64,000 nt of DNA from Podarcis bocagei (Eukaryota). Where the stretch lies: NCBI GenBank assembly GCA_964188305.1, contig OZ076896.1, one strand, 5' to 3'. The translations under genes were made by a program, and so were the position numbers. Below, one piece after another: positions 40,396 to 53,959 of this stretch (the stretch's first letter is position 1; every line of letters starts with the position of its first letter). Under the pieces are notes generated by a model. That model worked only from the letters and a program-made list of their open reading frames with translations. It ran no database searches and had not been told where the DNA came from.

Positions 40396-41238
40396 CTTAA
40401 GTCACACTTATTTAGGAAAGCCTATGCAGACACACGGATGTTGATGCGTTTTAGTTTCTTTTACAGTTAATTTTAATTATCTTTAAATTTTTTAAAAAAA
40501 TAATAATTTCAAACTGTTTTCAATTGATATATGTTAATATTTCTTGTAGACCACTTTAGAGTTTCAAGTGGTATGAATTTTGTTAAATAAAATAAAATAA
40601 ATAAACAGTAGACAACATTTCCTTTTCTTTCAACATTGTGCAATATGGCTTTGTACTGATGTAGATTAACCTATTTGTATTCTAGGCCCCTTTATTTTAA
40701 AAGAACAAATACTAACTAGAGAAAGCAGATTTCTTCTTTGCTTTGCACACTGTCAAATTTCTACCTCTTATAGCAGTTCTGTAGCTCCTCCTGCAACAGT
40801 GGCTCACTGTGCTAATGCTTTGATAAAGATAAGTAGCTAATGTTCCTTGCAGAGAAACTATTTGATATCAAAAGTTCCGATTTGTGGACTGATTATTTTA
40901 GCTAATGTAGTTGTAAAGCACTTGTAAGGTCTTGTCAGCAGGAGATCTAACAGAGTTCTGGTGCAATTTTATTAGGAACACCAGAAGCTGCTTCAGACTG
41001 AGTCAGGCCACTGGTTCATGTAACCCAGTGTTGTCTGCACTGACTGGCAGCAGCCCTCCAGGGAGCCCAGATGTTGTTGGACTACAACTCCTACCATCTG
41101 TGGTGATTGGCTAAGCTGCTTTGGGATGATGGAAGTTTTTGGTCCTTGCAACATCCACAGATCAAGTGATAAACCCAATAAATTTCTGGATCAGGCTTGC
41201 TTGCTTGTCTGAGAAACTAGGGGACATAGGTGCCAACT

Positions 41239-41427
41239 GTTTTTATTTTATATTCTTTACTGAAAAATAAAAAGTACATAATTACAAGTGCACAGAGTAA
41301 GATAAGACACAAAAAGAAGAAAAGAAATAGTAGAAAACAAATCAGAACCAAAAAAGAAAGAAACAAATTGTATACATCACAAAAGAAAAAATAAAATGTT
41401 ATTGTAGGTCTGGTTAACTATAATAAT
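41239..41427 (-). mobile_element. Short retrotransposed fragment (LINE 3'UTR-like) with 16-bp TSD
   Basis: TSD gacataggtgccaact at 41223-41238 and 41428-41443; the minus strand ends agtaaagaatataaataaaaac. Confidence 0.7.
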
Positions 41428-41429
41428 GA

Positions 41430-41850
41430 CATAGGTGCCAACTTAAGACAAAATATTGGGGGCCCCACCCACACTTCTCCCATCATTCCCTGCACCTTCC
41501 TCTGCCACACACAACTGGACACAGGCCTCCCCTCCCGCCACCTGCTCCCCTCTCACCCCCCATCTCCCACAAAATGATTTTTACTAATATTTGTGGATCT
41601 AGGGGGAGCTGCCGCCCTGGCTATGGCCATGTGCTTGCCTACCTCCTGCCCCCCTCCTACCATTCACCTCTCCTATCTGCCTGCCTCTCCCCAGAAATGG
41701 TGCTGAAAGCCAGGAGGCAAGCCAGGAAAAGCAGGAGGGGGGTGCTTGACTTTTGGGAAGGTGTCTGCCCTAGGGAGGGAGGCACCAACTTGCAGAAAAT
41801 ATTTATAGGGGGGTGAAGGAGCCAGGGCCCCATAGAGTTGGCATCTATGC
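41430..41850. mobile_element. Non-autonomous DNA-transposon relic
   Basis: Inverted termini cataggtgccaact / agttggcatctatg. Confidence 0.55.
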
Positions 41851-44800
41851 TAGGGGACCTTCTGTTGTTGATCACAGTGCTTCATGGGAGTTGAGTTTAA
41901 AAACACTGGGATTAGCGTATCCTTGCAACGGCACTGTTAATTTTTTCTTAGGGTGGGTGCTTCTTTGATGCCGATTGTGACATGTGAAGGCAAAGACCCT
42001 TTTTGTCCCCTCTCAACTTTCCCCTGCTCATTCAGAATCCGTGTCCCAAAGGCTGCCCAAAGAACTTGATTTCATTTATATAATTAATATTTGGTTTCAG
42101 TTGCGCAGACAATTGCATACCCACAGATTAGGACTGATTTGGGACTTGCTGTTGTTAATCAGCAGCTTTTATTTTTCCTGGGCACCACCGTGGGTATACA
42201 CACAAATTCTATTACGGACGCACAGTGAACAGTGCAATTGGCGGTTGGGCAACGCTGATTAGGCAGTGCGGTATTCTGGCTCTAAATTGTAGACTGCCAT
42301 CCATTGTTTGTGAGGCTGCAGTTCTCTTTCTCCAGTCTGATTCATTCTGAGTCATACCGAACATATCCTTGCTGAAATGGGGCACGCAGCAGAGAGGGCT
42401 GTCGTGCTTGTTCTGCGCCATTAGGTAATTGTATGAGTCTTTCTACGAGAAATGTCTGTTAGGCTGGCAGAGTACAAAAAAAGGGAAAAGAATAATCTAA
42501 GGGAGTGTAGGCGTCAGTGAAAGAGCATGCAGACTCAAGGGAAAAGGAGATATACCTAGTCCAGTTGTAAGAGAAAAATGTTAACGTGACAACTAGTATG
42601 ACAAATTCACCATCATTTGGGTTGTCACGTTTTATTAACACATGGCGCTATGAAAAACTACAGCTGCTTTTTACAGATGCGTGCAGTTTTTCATCTTGTG
42701 CAGCATTAAAAAAACACCTTGTGCTGAATTATTTACATATATGATATTGAGATATTATAGCATGAACAGGGTATATGACATTTTATACCGTACACAGGCA
42801 AAAGGCAGGTCTCTGCCCTGAGACACTTGCAATCCAGAGTTCCTGGTTGTAGGGACAGGGGGAAAAGGAAGCAGACAGAAGGGAGGGGAAAGAAGTGAAA
42901 ATAGTGAAGGATAAATGTGTGCAAAAATACATGGGTAAAAATGCAATTATAAGAACTTTGGTTTATGTTGGTTTATGTTGGGGACGCTGATCGTAAGGCC
43001 GATGGTTTAACCTTCTCTGTTATGTAGATATAAATGTTAACTTGCCTCTGTCAGTCATGCTGTAACTATTCCTAATATACAAAGCTGTGCAGAAATAGAG
43101 ACCTAGTTCTTCACAATTATCCTGAATCTGGTGGGTTAAACTGATCAAGCCATTCATGAACACAGTCACAGAGTGACTGCTCCAGACCCATTTGCCACAA
43201 GCAGCTTCTGTCGATAAGATACCATTACAGAGATATTGTGGTGTGGTCTCTACTGGGAGTCATCAGCTCACCAAGCAGCCTGCTTCAGCACAGAGTGGTT
43301 AATTAATTTGTTTATAGTAATTGACTGAAACACAGATGGCTACCCAGGAAATAGTAAAATACCATAGTTCTATTTTAGTCAGAAAACGCCCAGCCTAGCA
43401 ACAATAATATCACAATAAGAAAAACGTACGTGTGATTTATTTAGGAGAGACATTTGGTAGATACCATAGCCTGAAATAGTTTATCTTCTGCCTCTTTCCT
43501 ACTCAATCTATCAATAAGCACAATCCATCAGAAAGATCTCTTGTGCAAACCCCATAGTGCTCCTGTGCGGTTTATCTTGTTTGCTTAGGGGAATATGTAT
43601 CTTTCTACTTCAAAAACAACCTTTGAAGACAAGCAGAGCAGTCTTCAGTAATAAACATACCTCAAGGTATCATGGGCAGGAGAATATTCAAACGTTGTTG
43701 TCCACATGTTGAAAGTTCCTTCAGGAGCCAGGTTACCTGAAGGATCACCTCGTTTCACGTATATGTTCTGAGCAGCAATGGCAATAAAGGAGAGTGCAGA
43801 GAGATGCAGCGGGGGCAGCGGGGGCATTTGTCAAAACAGGCTGGTGGAAAGGTAGGGAAGAGTCCCAAATTAGTGGCGTTGGCATCCTGCAGATGTATGC
43901 ATGCCTACAGGAAACCAAGGCAGCCAACTGGGAGCTCCCCTGACTTTGCCACTGCCATGCTCCATCCAAACTCAGCACTGCTGGGAGGCTGGCACTGCTG
44001 TTCCTCTTCTCCTACACAGGGCTACTGCTTCTTCTAAGACTCTTCTCTGGATACCCTGCCAAATGAGGTTGAAGAACCGGCTACTAAAGACATGGCCTTT
44101 TTAGAGTTGGCACCCAGGTCCTGGAATATCCTTCCCATAGAGGCTCACCCAATCTTCCTTAAATATTTTCAAATTTTCAATCTTAAATATTTTTAGTACA
44201 TTGTTAAAGCTGTTATTCTTTGCTGCTGCTTTTATTTTGGTTTTATTTGACTGCAAAAATTGTTGTTTTAGATTTTCCCCCCATTTCATTGCATTTTTAT
44301 AATTGGTTGTTTTTCTGTTCTTTTTTCATGCAAACCTTCTGCTACAGCATGGTATATGAATATTGAAAATAAGTAGGCATGTTTACATGATGAATTGTAA
44401 GAGCACCAGGGGAGTCCTGAAGGATCAGGCCAATGGGCCTTTCAACCCAGCATGTTTTCCACCAGCCCTCAGGGAGGTCAGGGAGGCAATAAGGCAATCA
44501 TGTTTTCTTTCATCATCACCCTGTTGATTAGAGAAGAACATAATGTCTGAACATTTGATTTGGAGTGAGGTGAAAAATAACCGGATGGAGAGGGAACACA
44601 GATTAAGCCTCTTCTTTAAATCATTGGCCGAGGTACAATTGATTTGCCTTATTATGAAATAGGAAGGTGTGTAGAGGAAGGAAGAGCAGCAACTTCAGTG
44701 AACAAGATGAAATTAAATTAACATCAAATAATCCAAACGTAACAATGTTCACCGAAATAGGAAGGTAACCAGCATTTCTTACACAGGAAGAAGATAAAAA

Positions 44801-45113
44801 AACAACAAGAAATGGAAAAAACATATCCCTGTATTTTTCCGAACAGCACTGCTCTTATTTTAAACATTTTTTTTAAAAAAAACCACTTCAGGCTCTGTTA
44901 ACAGAAAGAGATAAAGAGATTATGGGAACATCTTTTTTTTAAAAAAAACAAAAAACAAAAAACCAACACCATGTAGCATGCAGTAAAATCCATTATCAGT
45001 CCTTTGTTTGAATTCAGTTCACATCATCTTCTCATGGGCTATAAAGAGGTTCACTCTGTTCCAGAACAGTAATCACAATCCATTAAATTCTGTTCCCTGT
45101 AGTCTTTGTTCCC

Positions 45114-45244
45114 NNNNNNNNNNNNNNNNNNNNNNNNNNNNNNNNNNNNNNNNNNNNNNNNNNNNNNNNNNNNNNNNNNNNNNNNNNNNNNNNNNNNNNN
45201 NNNNNNNNNNNNNNNNNNNNNNNNNNNNNNNNNNNNNNNNNNNN
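45114..45244. other. Assembly gap (131 N)
   Basis: Run of n. Confidence 1.
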
Positions 45245-46821
45245 TTAAGCAGCTTCACATAAATACGATTTTTTTACTATCCAGTGCTGTTGCCTATTTG
45301 CTTAGTTTAATCATGGTATTTATAATAGGTAAAACTTGCTCACCAGGAAAATGCAAGCTGAGAAACATATAAATATTAATCTTTATAAGAGTAGTTCCTT
45401 AAGGTCTTGCAGATTTCCCCTGTAGCATTGGAGGGGCTCACAGAAGGCAAACCTGACAAAGTCACTCCTTCACAAATCCCTCTCATCATGGGATTTTAGT
45501 CATGGGTAGTGGTTTGTGGAAAATTATCGTGTGGGAGACGAGCCTGAGGCACAGTCATAAAAGAACCAATCATCCAACTTTTGTCTACAATTGTCTTTGA
45601 TGCTTCAGCGTAGCCAGAATTGAAGATGGGAAGTATCTTCACATCACAAACACTGACTCTCAAATCTGTTGAACGCCAGTTTTATATTGGTTGGGTTGTT
45701 TACTCAGCTGTCTGTTCAAGAGTGTGTTTTTAAAATTTGACTCCAAATATGTGCCAAATATATGTACAAGTGGGGTACCCATGTAGCAAAGGAGATATCA
45801 AAATTAAGGTAATTTGGACTTTATCCTGAAGGAGATCAGAACTTTATCCTGTTCTGATCTCAGAATTGGTGCATGTAGTCCTTAAATTTGATGGATGTGC
45901 TGCCATTTAATTAGGTTGAGGGTTTCCTGCTTGGCCCTGGTATAAACATGGGATTAGAATTTGAGTTGGACGACTTCCTGGGGCTCCTTCGAGTCCAGCG
46001 ACTATGACTGAACATATGTATTTTATCACCAGAAAGCAGTATCAGAATAATACCTAGTTTATGGTTATTATATATAAAAAGATTTAAATTTCTGACTTTA
46101 ATTTGCCACTTCTGAACAAAAGGGAACAAAAAACATTTTACAAATAATATTCTGACTATGTCTACTTAAGTGAAGACTTTAACCACAAGGCATTTAATAT
46201 ACAATACTACCTTACCGTGAACCTGAATAAATGCTTTCTCAGTCCTGGTTCTGTTTGTTCTCTGTGTTCTTATTTTTTATTTTACTGCATTGAATCTATT
46301 CAGCCTTGAGGTAGGTAATGACAAAAAACGACGACACAAACAATCCATTCACTAGACCTTTGCTGCACCAACTGTTTCTGGGGCTTGGGGAGGGAAATAA
46401 AAGGCTCTTGGAACTTTGCCTGGTCTGAGATGCATTACTCTATCAACTGGAGGCAAGAAACTACGAGCTAAATTTAGTTCAGTGTGCATTATCTACCAAG
46501 ATATTTAAGGCGTTATTAGAATATCAGATGTTCTTGCATGTGTCAGTGGCAAGATGAATGGATGTAAAAATGTGCTAATAACATTTATGTGAGTGAAGTA
46601 CACATCTTGGTTGCTACATCGTTAAAGTTCATGTGCTTTTCCATGCAACAGTCAGAAAACACAGGCTTAGTTACAGTGGTGAAAATTCCTAAATTATTGA
46701 TATGGAACCAAATAATGGCTTTTAAGAGCCATGCGGTCTGAGCTTGGAGCAACCAGCTCAGACCTCACATATTGAACTTCTCGGGAAGACTGAAAGGGGA
46801 ACAAAGGCCTGATTGCCTAGC

Positions 46822-47029
46822 CAGGGGTGTCCAAACCTTTTTTCAAAGAGGGCCAGATTTGATGAAGTGAACATGTGTGAGGGCCGACCAAAGGACCAAC
46901 CTTTTTTTAGGTTTGAAGTTGTTGAGCTTTTTTAAGGATTTTACCCCAGGAAATAAACAGCCACAAGGGCAAGATTAAACCAACCGGTGAGCCAGATTAG
47001 GCCCCCAAAGCGGACTTTGGACATGCCTG
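46822..47029. mobile_element. hAT-type MITE
   Basis: TIRs caggggtgtccaaa / tttggacatgcctg, flanked by gcctagc / gcctagt. Confidence 0.7.
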
Positions 47030-47259
47030 GCCTAGTCTATCCCAATATGGGCTAAACCTGGCAGGATAGCTTACTCTATGGTCTTAACTCCTTCAGGAGT
47101 TATTTAGATAGAAGCATGTTGGTGATATGAGGCTGGTTATTCTACACATTATAGCAATTGTTCTATTAATTGATACTCTCATTGTCATTTTTTTAATGAC
47201 AGTCAGCTATTTAGAATATTAAATATATTATGCCCTCCGTGGTAACAAGGTGTCTTGTT

Positions 47260-49962
47260 GTTGTTGTTGTTGTTTAGTCGTTTAGTCGTGTCCGACTCTT
47301 CGTGACCCCATGGACCAGAGCACGCCAGGCACTTCTGTCCTCCACTGCCTCCCGCAGTTTGATCAAACTCATGCTGTTAGCTTCAAGAACACCATCCAAC
47401 CATCTCATTCTCTGTCGTCCCCTTCTCCTTGTGCCCTCCATCTTTCCCAACATCAGGGTCTTTTCCAGGGAGTCTTCTCTTCTCATGAGGTGGCCAAAGT
47501 ATTGGAGCCTCAACTTCACGATCTGTCCTTCCAGTGAGCGCTCAGGGCTGATTTCCTTCAGAATGGAGAGGTTTGATCTTCTTGCAGTCCATGGGACTCT
47601 CAAGAGTCTCCTCCAGCACCATAATTCAAAAGCATCAATTCTTCGGCGATCAGCCTTCTTTATGGTCCAGCTCTCACTTCCATACATCACTACTGGGAAA
47701 ACCATGGCTTTTACTATACGGACCTTTGTTGGCAAGGTGATGTCTCTGCTTTTTAAGATGTTGTCTAGGTTTGCCATCGCCTTTCTCCCAAGGAGCAGGC
47801 GTCTTTTAATTTCGTGACTGCTGTCACCATCTGCACTGATCATGGAGCCCAAGAAAGTAAAATCTCTCACTGCCTCCATTTCTTCCCCTTCTATTTGCCA
47901 GGAGGTGATGGGCCCAGTGGCCATGATCTTCGTTTTTTTGATGTTGAGCTTCAGACCATATTTTGCGCTCTCCTCTTTCACCCTCATTAAAAGGTTCTTT
48001 AATTCCTCTTCACTTTCTGCCATCAAGGTTGTGTCATCTGCATATCTGAGGTTGTTGATATTTCTTCCGGCAATCTTAATTCCGGCTTGGGATTCATCCA
48101 GCCCAGCCTTTCGCATGATGAATTCTGCATATAAGTTAAATAAGCAGGGAGACAATATACAGCCTTGCCGTACTCCTTTCCCAATTTGGAACCAATCAAT
48201 TGTTCCATATCCAGTTCTAACTGTAGCTTCTTGTCCCACATAGAGATTTCTCAGGAGACAGATGAGGTGATCAGGCACTCCCATTTCTTTAAGAACTTGC
48301 CATAGTTTGCTGTGGTCAACACAGTCAAAGGCTTTTGCATAGTCAATGAAGCAGAAGTAGATGTCTTTCTGGAACTCTCTAGCTTTCTCCATAATCCAGC
48401 GCATGTTTGCAATTTGGTCTCTGGTTCCTCTGCCTCTTCTAAATCCAGCTTGCACTTCTGGGAGTTCTCGGTCCACATACTGCTTGAGCCTTCCTTGTAG
48501 AATTTTAAGCATAACCTTGCTAGCATGTGAAATGAGTGAAATTGTGCGGTAGTTGGAGCATTCTTTGGCACTGCCTTTCTTTGGGATTGGGATGTAGACT
48601 GATCTTCTCCAATCCTCTGGCCACTGCAGAGTTTTCCAAACTTGCTGGCATATTGAGTGTAGCACTTTAACAGCATCATCTTTTAAAATTTTAAACAGTT
48701 CTGCTGGAATACCATCACTTCCACTGGCCTTGTTATTTGCAGTGCTTTCTAAGGCCCATTTGACTTCACTCTCCAGGATGTCTGGCTCAAGGTCAGCAAC
48801 CACACTATCTGGGGTGTACGAGACATCCATATCTTTCTGGTATAATTCCTCTGTGTATTCTTGCCACCTCTTCTTGATGTCTTCTGCTTCAGTTAGGTCT
48901 TTACCACTTTTGTCCTTTATTATGGTAATCCTTGTACGAAATGTTCCTTTCATATTTCCGATTTTCTTGAACAGATCTCTGGTTCTTCCCATTCTGTTGC
49001 TTTCCTCTATTTCTTTGCATTGCTCGTTTAAGAAGGCCTTCTTGTCTCTCCTTGCTATTCTTTGGAAATCTGCATTCAATTTCCTGTATCTTTCACTATC
49101 TCCCTCGCATTTTGCTTGCCTTCTCTCCCCCGCTATTTGTAAGGCCTCGTTGGACAGCCACTTTGCTTTCTTGCATTTCTTTTTCATTGGGATGGTTTTA
49201 GTTGCTGCCTCCTGTATAATGTTGCGAGCCTCCACCCATAGTTCTTCAGGCACTCTGTCCAGCAAATCTAAATCCTTAAACCTGTTCCTCACTTCCACTG
49301 TGTATTCATAAGGGATTTGGTTTAGATTGTATCTTACCTGTCCAGTGGTTTTTCTTACTTTCTTCAGTTTAAGCTTGAATTTTGCTATAAGAAGCTGATG
49401 ATCTGAGCCACAGTCAGCTCCAGGTCTTGTTTTTGCTGACTGTATAGAGCTTCTCCATCTTTGGCTGCAGAGAATATAATCAATCTGATTTCGATGTTGC
49501 CCATCTGGGGATGTCCATGTGTAGAGTCGTCTCTTGTGTTGTTGGAAAAGCGTGTTTGTGATGACCAGCTTGTTCTCTTGACAGAACTCTATTAGCCTTT
49601 GCCCTGCTTCGTTTTGATCTCCAAGGCCAAACTTGCCGGTTGTTCCTTTTATCTCTTGATTCCCTACTTTAGCATTCCAATCCCCTATAATGAGCAGAAC
49701 ATCCTTCTTTGGTGTCACTTCTATAAGGTCTTGTAAGTCTTCATAGAATTGGTCAATTTCAGTTTCTTCAGCACCAGTAGTTGGTGCATAAACTTGGATT
49801 ACTGTGATGTTAAAAGGTCTGCCTTGGATTCGTATCGAGATCATTCTATCATTTTTGAGACTGCATCCCAGTACAGCTTTCGCCACTCTTTTGTTGACTA
49901 TGAGGGCCACTCCATTTCTTTTACGGGTTTCTTGCCCACAGTAGTAGATATGATAGTCATCC
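47260..49962 (-). mobile_element. BovB (RTE-clade) LINE, 5'-truncated, uninterrupted EN-RT reading frame
   Basis: About 895 codons without a stop. APE motifs (VYAPT, GDWNAKVG, QIDYIL, SDH) and RT motifs (FIDYAKAFD, GVRQGCILSP, YADD), very similar to recalled BovB. (CAA)n tail; TSD gtcttgtt at 47252-47259 and 49963-49970. Confidence 0.96.
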
Positions 49963-50663
49963 GTCTTGTTAGAAGTCTCCAAAGGTGCAGGGTACCTGAC
50001 TAACCCTTGGGATCAGAACAGCACTACATTCTGATGGAGGAATAACTAGCCAATTGGCGCCTCAGGCATTACAGCCCACAACCTACTGAGACAATAGGGT
50101 AGCCTAGAAGCTGAGATCTGGAAGACCACTTTGAAGGCTCACTATTCACCCTAAGCTAGGAGTGGGGAACCTCAGACTCACCTCTAGACCTCTCTGTTTG
50201 GCCTCTGGACTGTTCCCAGGCCATATCCTCTCCTCAGCCGCACACCCTCAACCAGGCCACACCTCTTACCAGTCCTCCTCTCCTGGCTGGAATGTGTCAT
50301 TGAACTCTGACAATGTCCCTTGGTTGTCTGGATGGAGAATAGAGAGCGGGGTGTGAGTATGTGTCAAAACCAGCCTACTGCAAAATTCACATTTGATGTT
50401 CCTTCCACCACCCTGGAAGGTTTTCCAGAAGGGCATGCAGCCTTTCATCTGAACAATGTTCCCCACCTCTACTTTAAGCTGTGGGACCAACACAGAATGG
50501 TTGGGTGGGTGGAAAGGGGCAGGGGGCCACAAAATGCGGTGTGGTGGGGAGAAGCTGTCTGTGGTGCCAAAACGCTTGAGGCATTGGTGGTAGCTCAACC
50601 TTTTGCCATGGTTTGAACCTAGCAGACAATGGTTCATTTACCTTGACCATGAACTGCCATTGT

Positions 50664-50737
50664 CATAGAATCATAGAATCATAGAGTTGGAAGAGACCAC
50701 AAGGGCCATCGAGTCCAACCCCCTGCCAAGCAGGAAA
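50664..50737 (-). mobile_element. CR1 LINE 3' terminal stub
   Basis: (ATTCTATG)n octamer tail on minus plus ggggttggactcgat; TSD cattgt at 50658-63 and 50738-43. Confidence 0.8.
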
Positions 50738-52065
50738 CATTGTGGCTGAATGATAAAGAACAAAGAAGTGTAACTCTCAAACAAAACATTTCATCTCCAA
50801 CAAGTTTGGTCTGCTCCTTACTCATATTAGACTGTTAAGTGCTTTTCTTGCAGCAGTGATTGTGTGTGTGTGTGTACAATGAATGCCGGCACTGATTGAA
50901 ACACCATGAGCCAACTTGAAGGAACAAAAGCTGTCTTCCCCACTCTGTGTCATTCCCTGTTCCCGATATGAATTTTGCATGCATACATCTACACATATGT
51001 AGTGGGTCTTAAATCCATCTTTATCTCTTGCGCACGATACACTTATCTCTAAAATAGTCCCACAGATGAAATAAGAATAATATTTGCACATTGTCTTTCT
51101 TCATTAGGGCTTCCCAGTCTAGTTTAAGCATGCTATATATACACAGTGGAGCCTCACAAGCATCTGAGAAATCCTTTGTTCCTGCTACTTGTTTTATCAC
51201 CCAGCAGAAAGCAGTAGTTCTACAAGATAGCTTGCTGCAACACAGGGCTTCCTGAACCCACATGGATGATTCCCCTGGGCTCAGAGCCCACCCAAGACAT
51301 TTTGGCACCTGAGGCGAATGACAAAATGCTCCCCCTGTCTCCATCAGAGAAGAAGGTGTAGGTGAAGATCTACATCAGGAACAAGAGGAGAGGCAAGATC
51401 TACATTGGGAACAGGGGGAGTGGTGGAAATCAAACCAAACTTACCCAACAGTTGAATTGGGAATCAAAGGCTGTTGGAGGGAAAGGGGCCTGCTCTGAAT
51501 CATCACACCAGGCAGATGCAGAACCCAGGAGACCCCAGAAGTCAGCCCCCGCCATTTCCTTGGCAGGGGTGGGAGGAGACCAGCAGCACTTCCTATTTGC
51601 TGCGAGGCCACTGTGGCATGGGGGAGCTGCCAAGTAGGTGGCAGTTCTGGCCTCCAAGGAGTGCAGTACAGCCATAGCACCACAGCAACAGGCAATGCAT
51701 TCCTTGGAGGCCAGATCTGCTGCCCTTGTGGATCCTGAACTACCTAAACTACCCTGTCACCAAGCCCAGGTAGGGCTGGCCAACCTCACCTTGCCTCTTG
51801 GGTTGGCCAGCCCTACCTGGGCTTGGTGACAGGGTAGTTTAAAGAACCCGGTCTACCACTGGGCAGTGTCAGAACAACACAGTGAGCACATGCTGGAGGG
51901 TGGGGAGGGCTGACCTACCACTTTCCAGCGCAGTGGAGGTAATTCCTGTTGAAGTAAGATGCAACTTCTGAACCATGTGGTCCTCTTTGACTCCTTTTTC
52001 TTCTCTTACGCCAACTACGGCAATTATTACTCATTTACAACTTTTAAATATTGCTAAAAAGAAAA

Positions 52066-52376
52066 ACCTATCCATTCTTAAGGAAATCAGCCCTGAGTGC
52101 TCACTGGAAGGACAGATCGTGAAGCTGAGGCTCCAATACTTTGGCCACCTCATGAGAAGAGAAGACTCCCTGGAAAAGACCCTGATGTTGGGAAAGATGG
52201 AGGGCACAAGGAGAAGGGGATGACAGAGGACGAGATGGTTGGACAGTGTTCTCGAAGCTACCAGCATGAGTCTGACCAAACTGCGGAAGGCAGTGGAAGA
52301 CAGGAGTGCCTGGCATGCTCTGGTCCAGGGGGTCACGAAGAGTCGGACATGACTAAACGACTAAACAACAACAACA
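52066..52376 (+). mobile_element. BovB 3' fragment
   Basis: Near-identical to the 3' end of the 47-50 kb element (NLSILKEISPECSLEGQIVKLRLQYFGHLMRREDSLEKTLMLGK); one internal TGA; (CAA)n tail; possible TSD aaaaagaaaa. Confidence 0.93.
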
Positions 52377-53959
52377 GCAAAAAGAAAAGAAGAAAAAGAA
52401 AAAGTACAAATTGATTGAGATGATAAGAACAACTCACATATTCAACATGACTTGCATGCTAAGGATCCCAGAGCTGTAGTAATATTCTTAATTGGAATAT
52501 AGGAGGTAAAATAAAGGAGGTAAAAACTTAAAAGGGAGATTAAAGTCAACAGGAAAAAATATTTTTTTTTAAAAATAATAATGTTAAATTAAAGCATACA
52601 ACTTCAACTGGAATTAAACATAAAAATTACAACAAAACTTCATGTGTTGGCTAATATCTTCCAACACCAGCATCAAGGGCATTACGGATTAGTCGTGAAT
52701 ATAAATCCCAGCCCTTTTCATCATCTGCATTCAGGCACATGAAATTTATTTATTAACTTCATGAAGTGTGAGAGCTGGCATTTCTGACATCTTTATTTTC
52801 TTGATGGAAAGCCTCCTTTTCAGCTTTTGGCACAAAATATGTACTAGCAATGGTGGAGATGGGTGGAGGCAGAAAAGGTAAGGAGGAAACATCATAAAGA
52901 AGTCAGCCAAATATATTCCTGCTTTGAACGAAAGGAGAAACTCTTTTCTATTGCAGTTATAGCATTCAAAGTGCCAATGACTTTAGTTCGTCATAGGATA
53001 TTATTTGAGTTTGAAATAGAGCTCGCAATCTGATTTATGTGTACAGCACAAGCATAAAGAAAACTATATTTCTTCCTCAGCATGGCTGAGGATGGCTGCA
53101 TGGAAACTAAGGGAAACCCTGGCATCCCTGCTGAAAAATAAGGCTTCACAGTGAGACCGGCTATGCATTAATATGTGTCAGATTCTGCAGATAAGTGTCA
53201 TCTGTTTCTGAGGGAAAGCAGGCTCATAGCTCTGGACTCTCTTGTACTTAGCAAAAAAGTGTATAAGGGAATTGGTAAAGAATCATCAATGTTCTTCAAC
53301 ACTTGAACCTTAAAAATTGTATATACTTTTGCCATTGCCAGAATTTTCCAAACTGACAGCCTATTTGATAAGTAACTGAGGAGGAGACAGGGCGTAACAG
53401 AGGATGACAAAAGGCTTTGAGGCATTGGCCATGTTCACATGTCACACTAAGTCAAGCTTTGGTTTAGTGTGAATATGCAAGCATGTGGACTTCAGGAGAG
53501 GAGCCGACAGCTGCTTTGCTCCCTCCTGGTCCTTTTAGATGCCACACGTCACTGATATAAGCCAAACCATAGCTTAGTGTCTCAGCCATGCCTAGGTCCA
53601 TGATTAAGCTCTCTCCAGACTAACCATGAGCTGCAACCAATAACTCCTCAGGCCACGCCCCTCATTGGCTCTGCCCTGTGCCCACTTGGTGCTTTTGTCT
53701 GGCTGAACTGTGACAATGCTGCTTCCTTGTCTGGATGGGGATGTATATGAGGAAACCTCTGGCTTTTGTGTAGCTGCAATGTAGCCTACTGTACCAAGGT
53801 AAGAGTCATATCCATTGCTCCACCCACTTTTGCCCATGGCCACACCCACTGCTAGGATGCAACCCACAGAAGGTTGCCTCTAAGGGAATTTGGTCTTTGA
53901 CCGGGAAAAGGCTCCTCACCTCCGCTATAGACAATCATATGATAATACCTATTTACCTG

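Noticed and set aside
47302-49311. Plus-strand ORFs of 133-193 aa
   Set aside because: Antisense shadows of the BovB ORF
49963-49982. Start of the 902-aa ORF as an intact autonomous element
   Set aside because: The start is a TTG in flanking DNA beyond the TSD; the element is 5'-truncated
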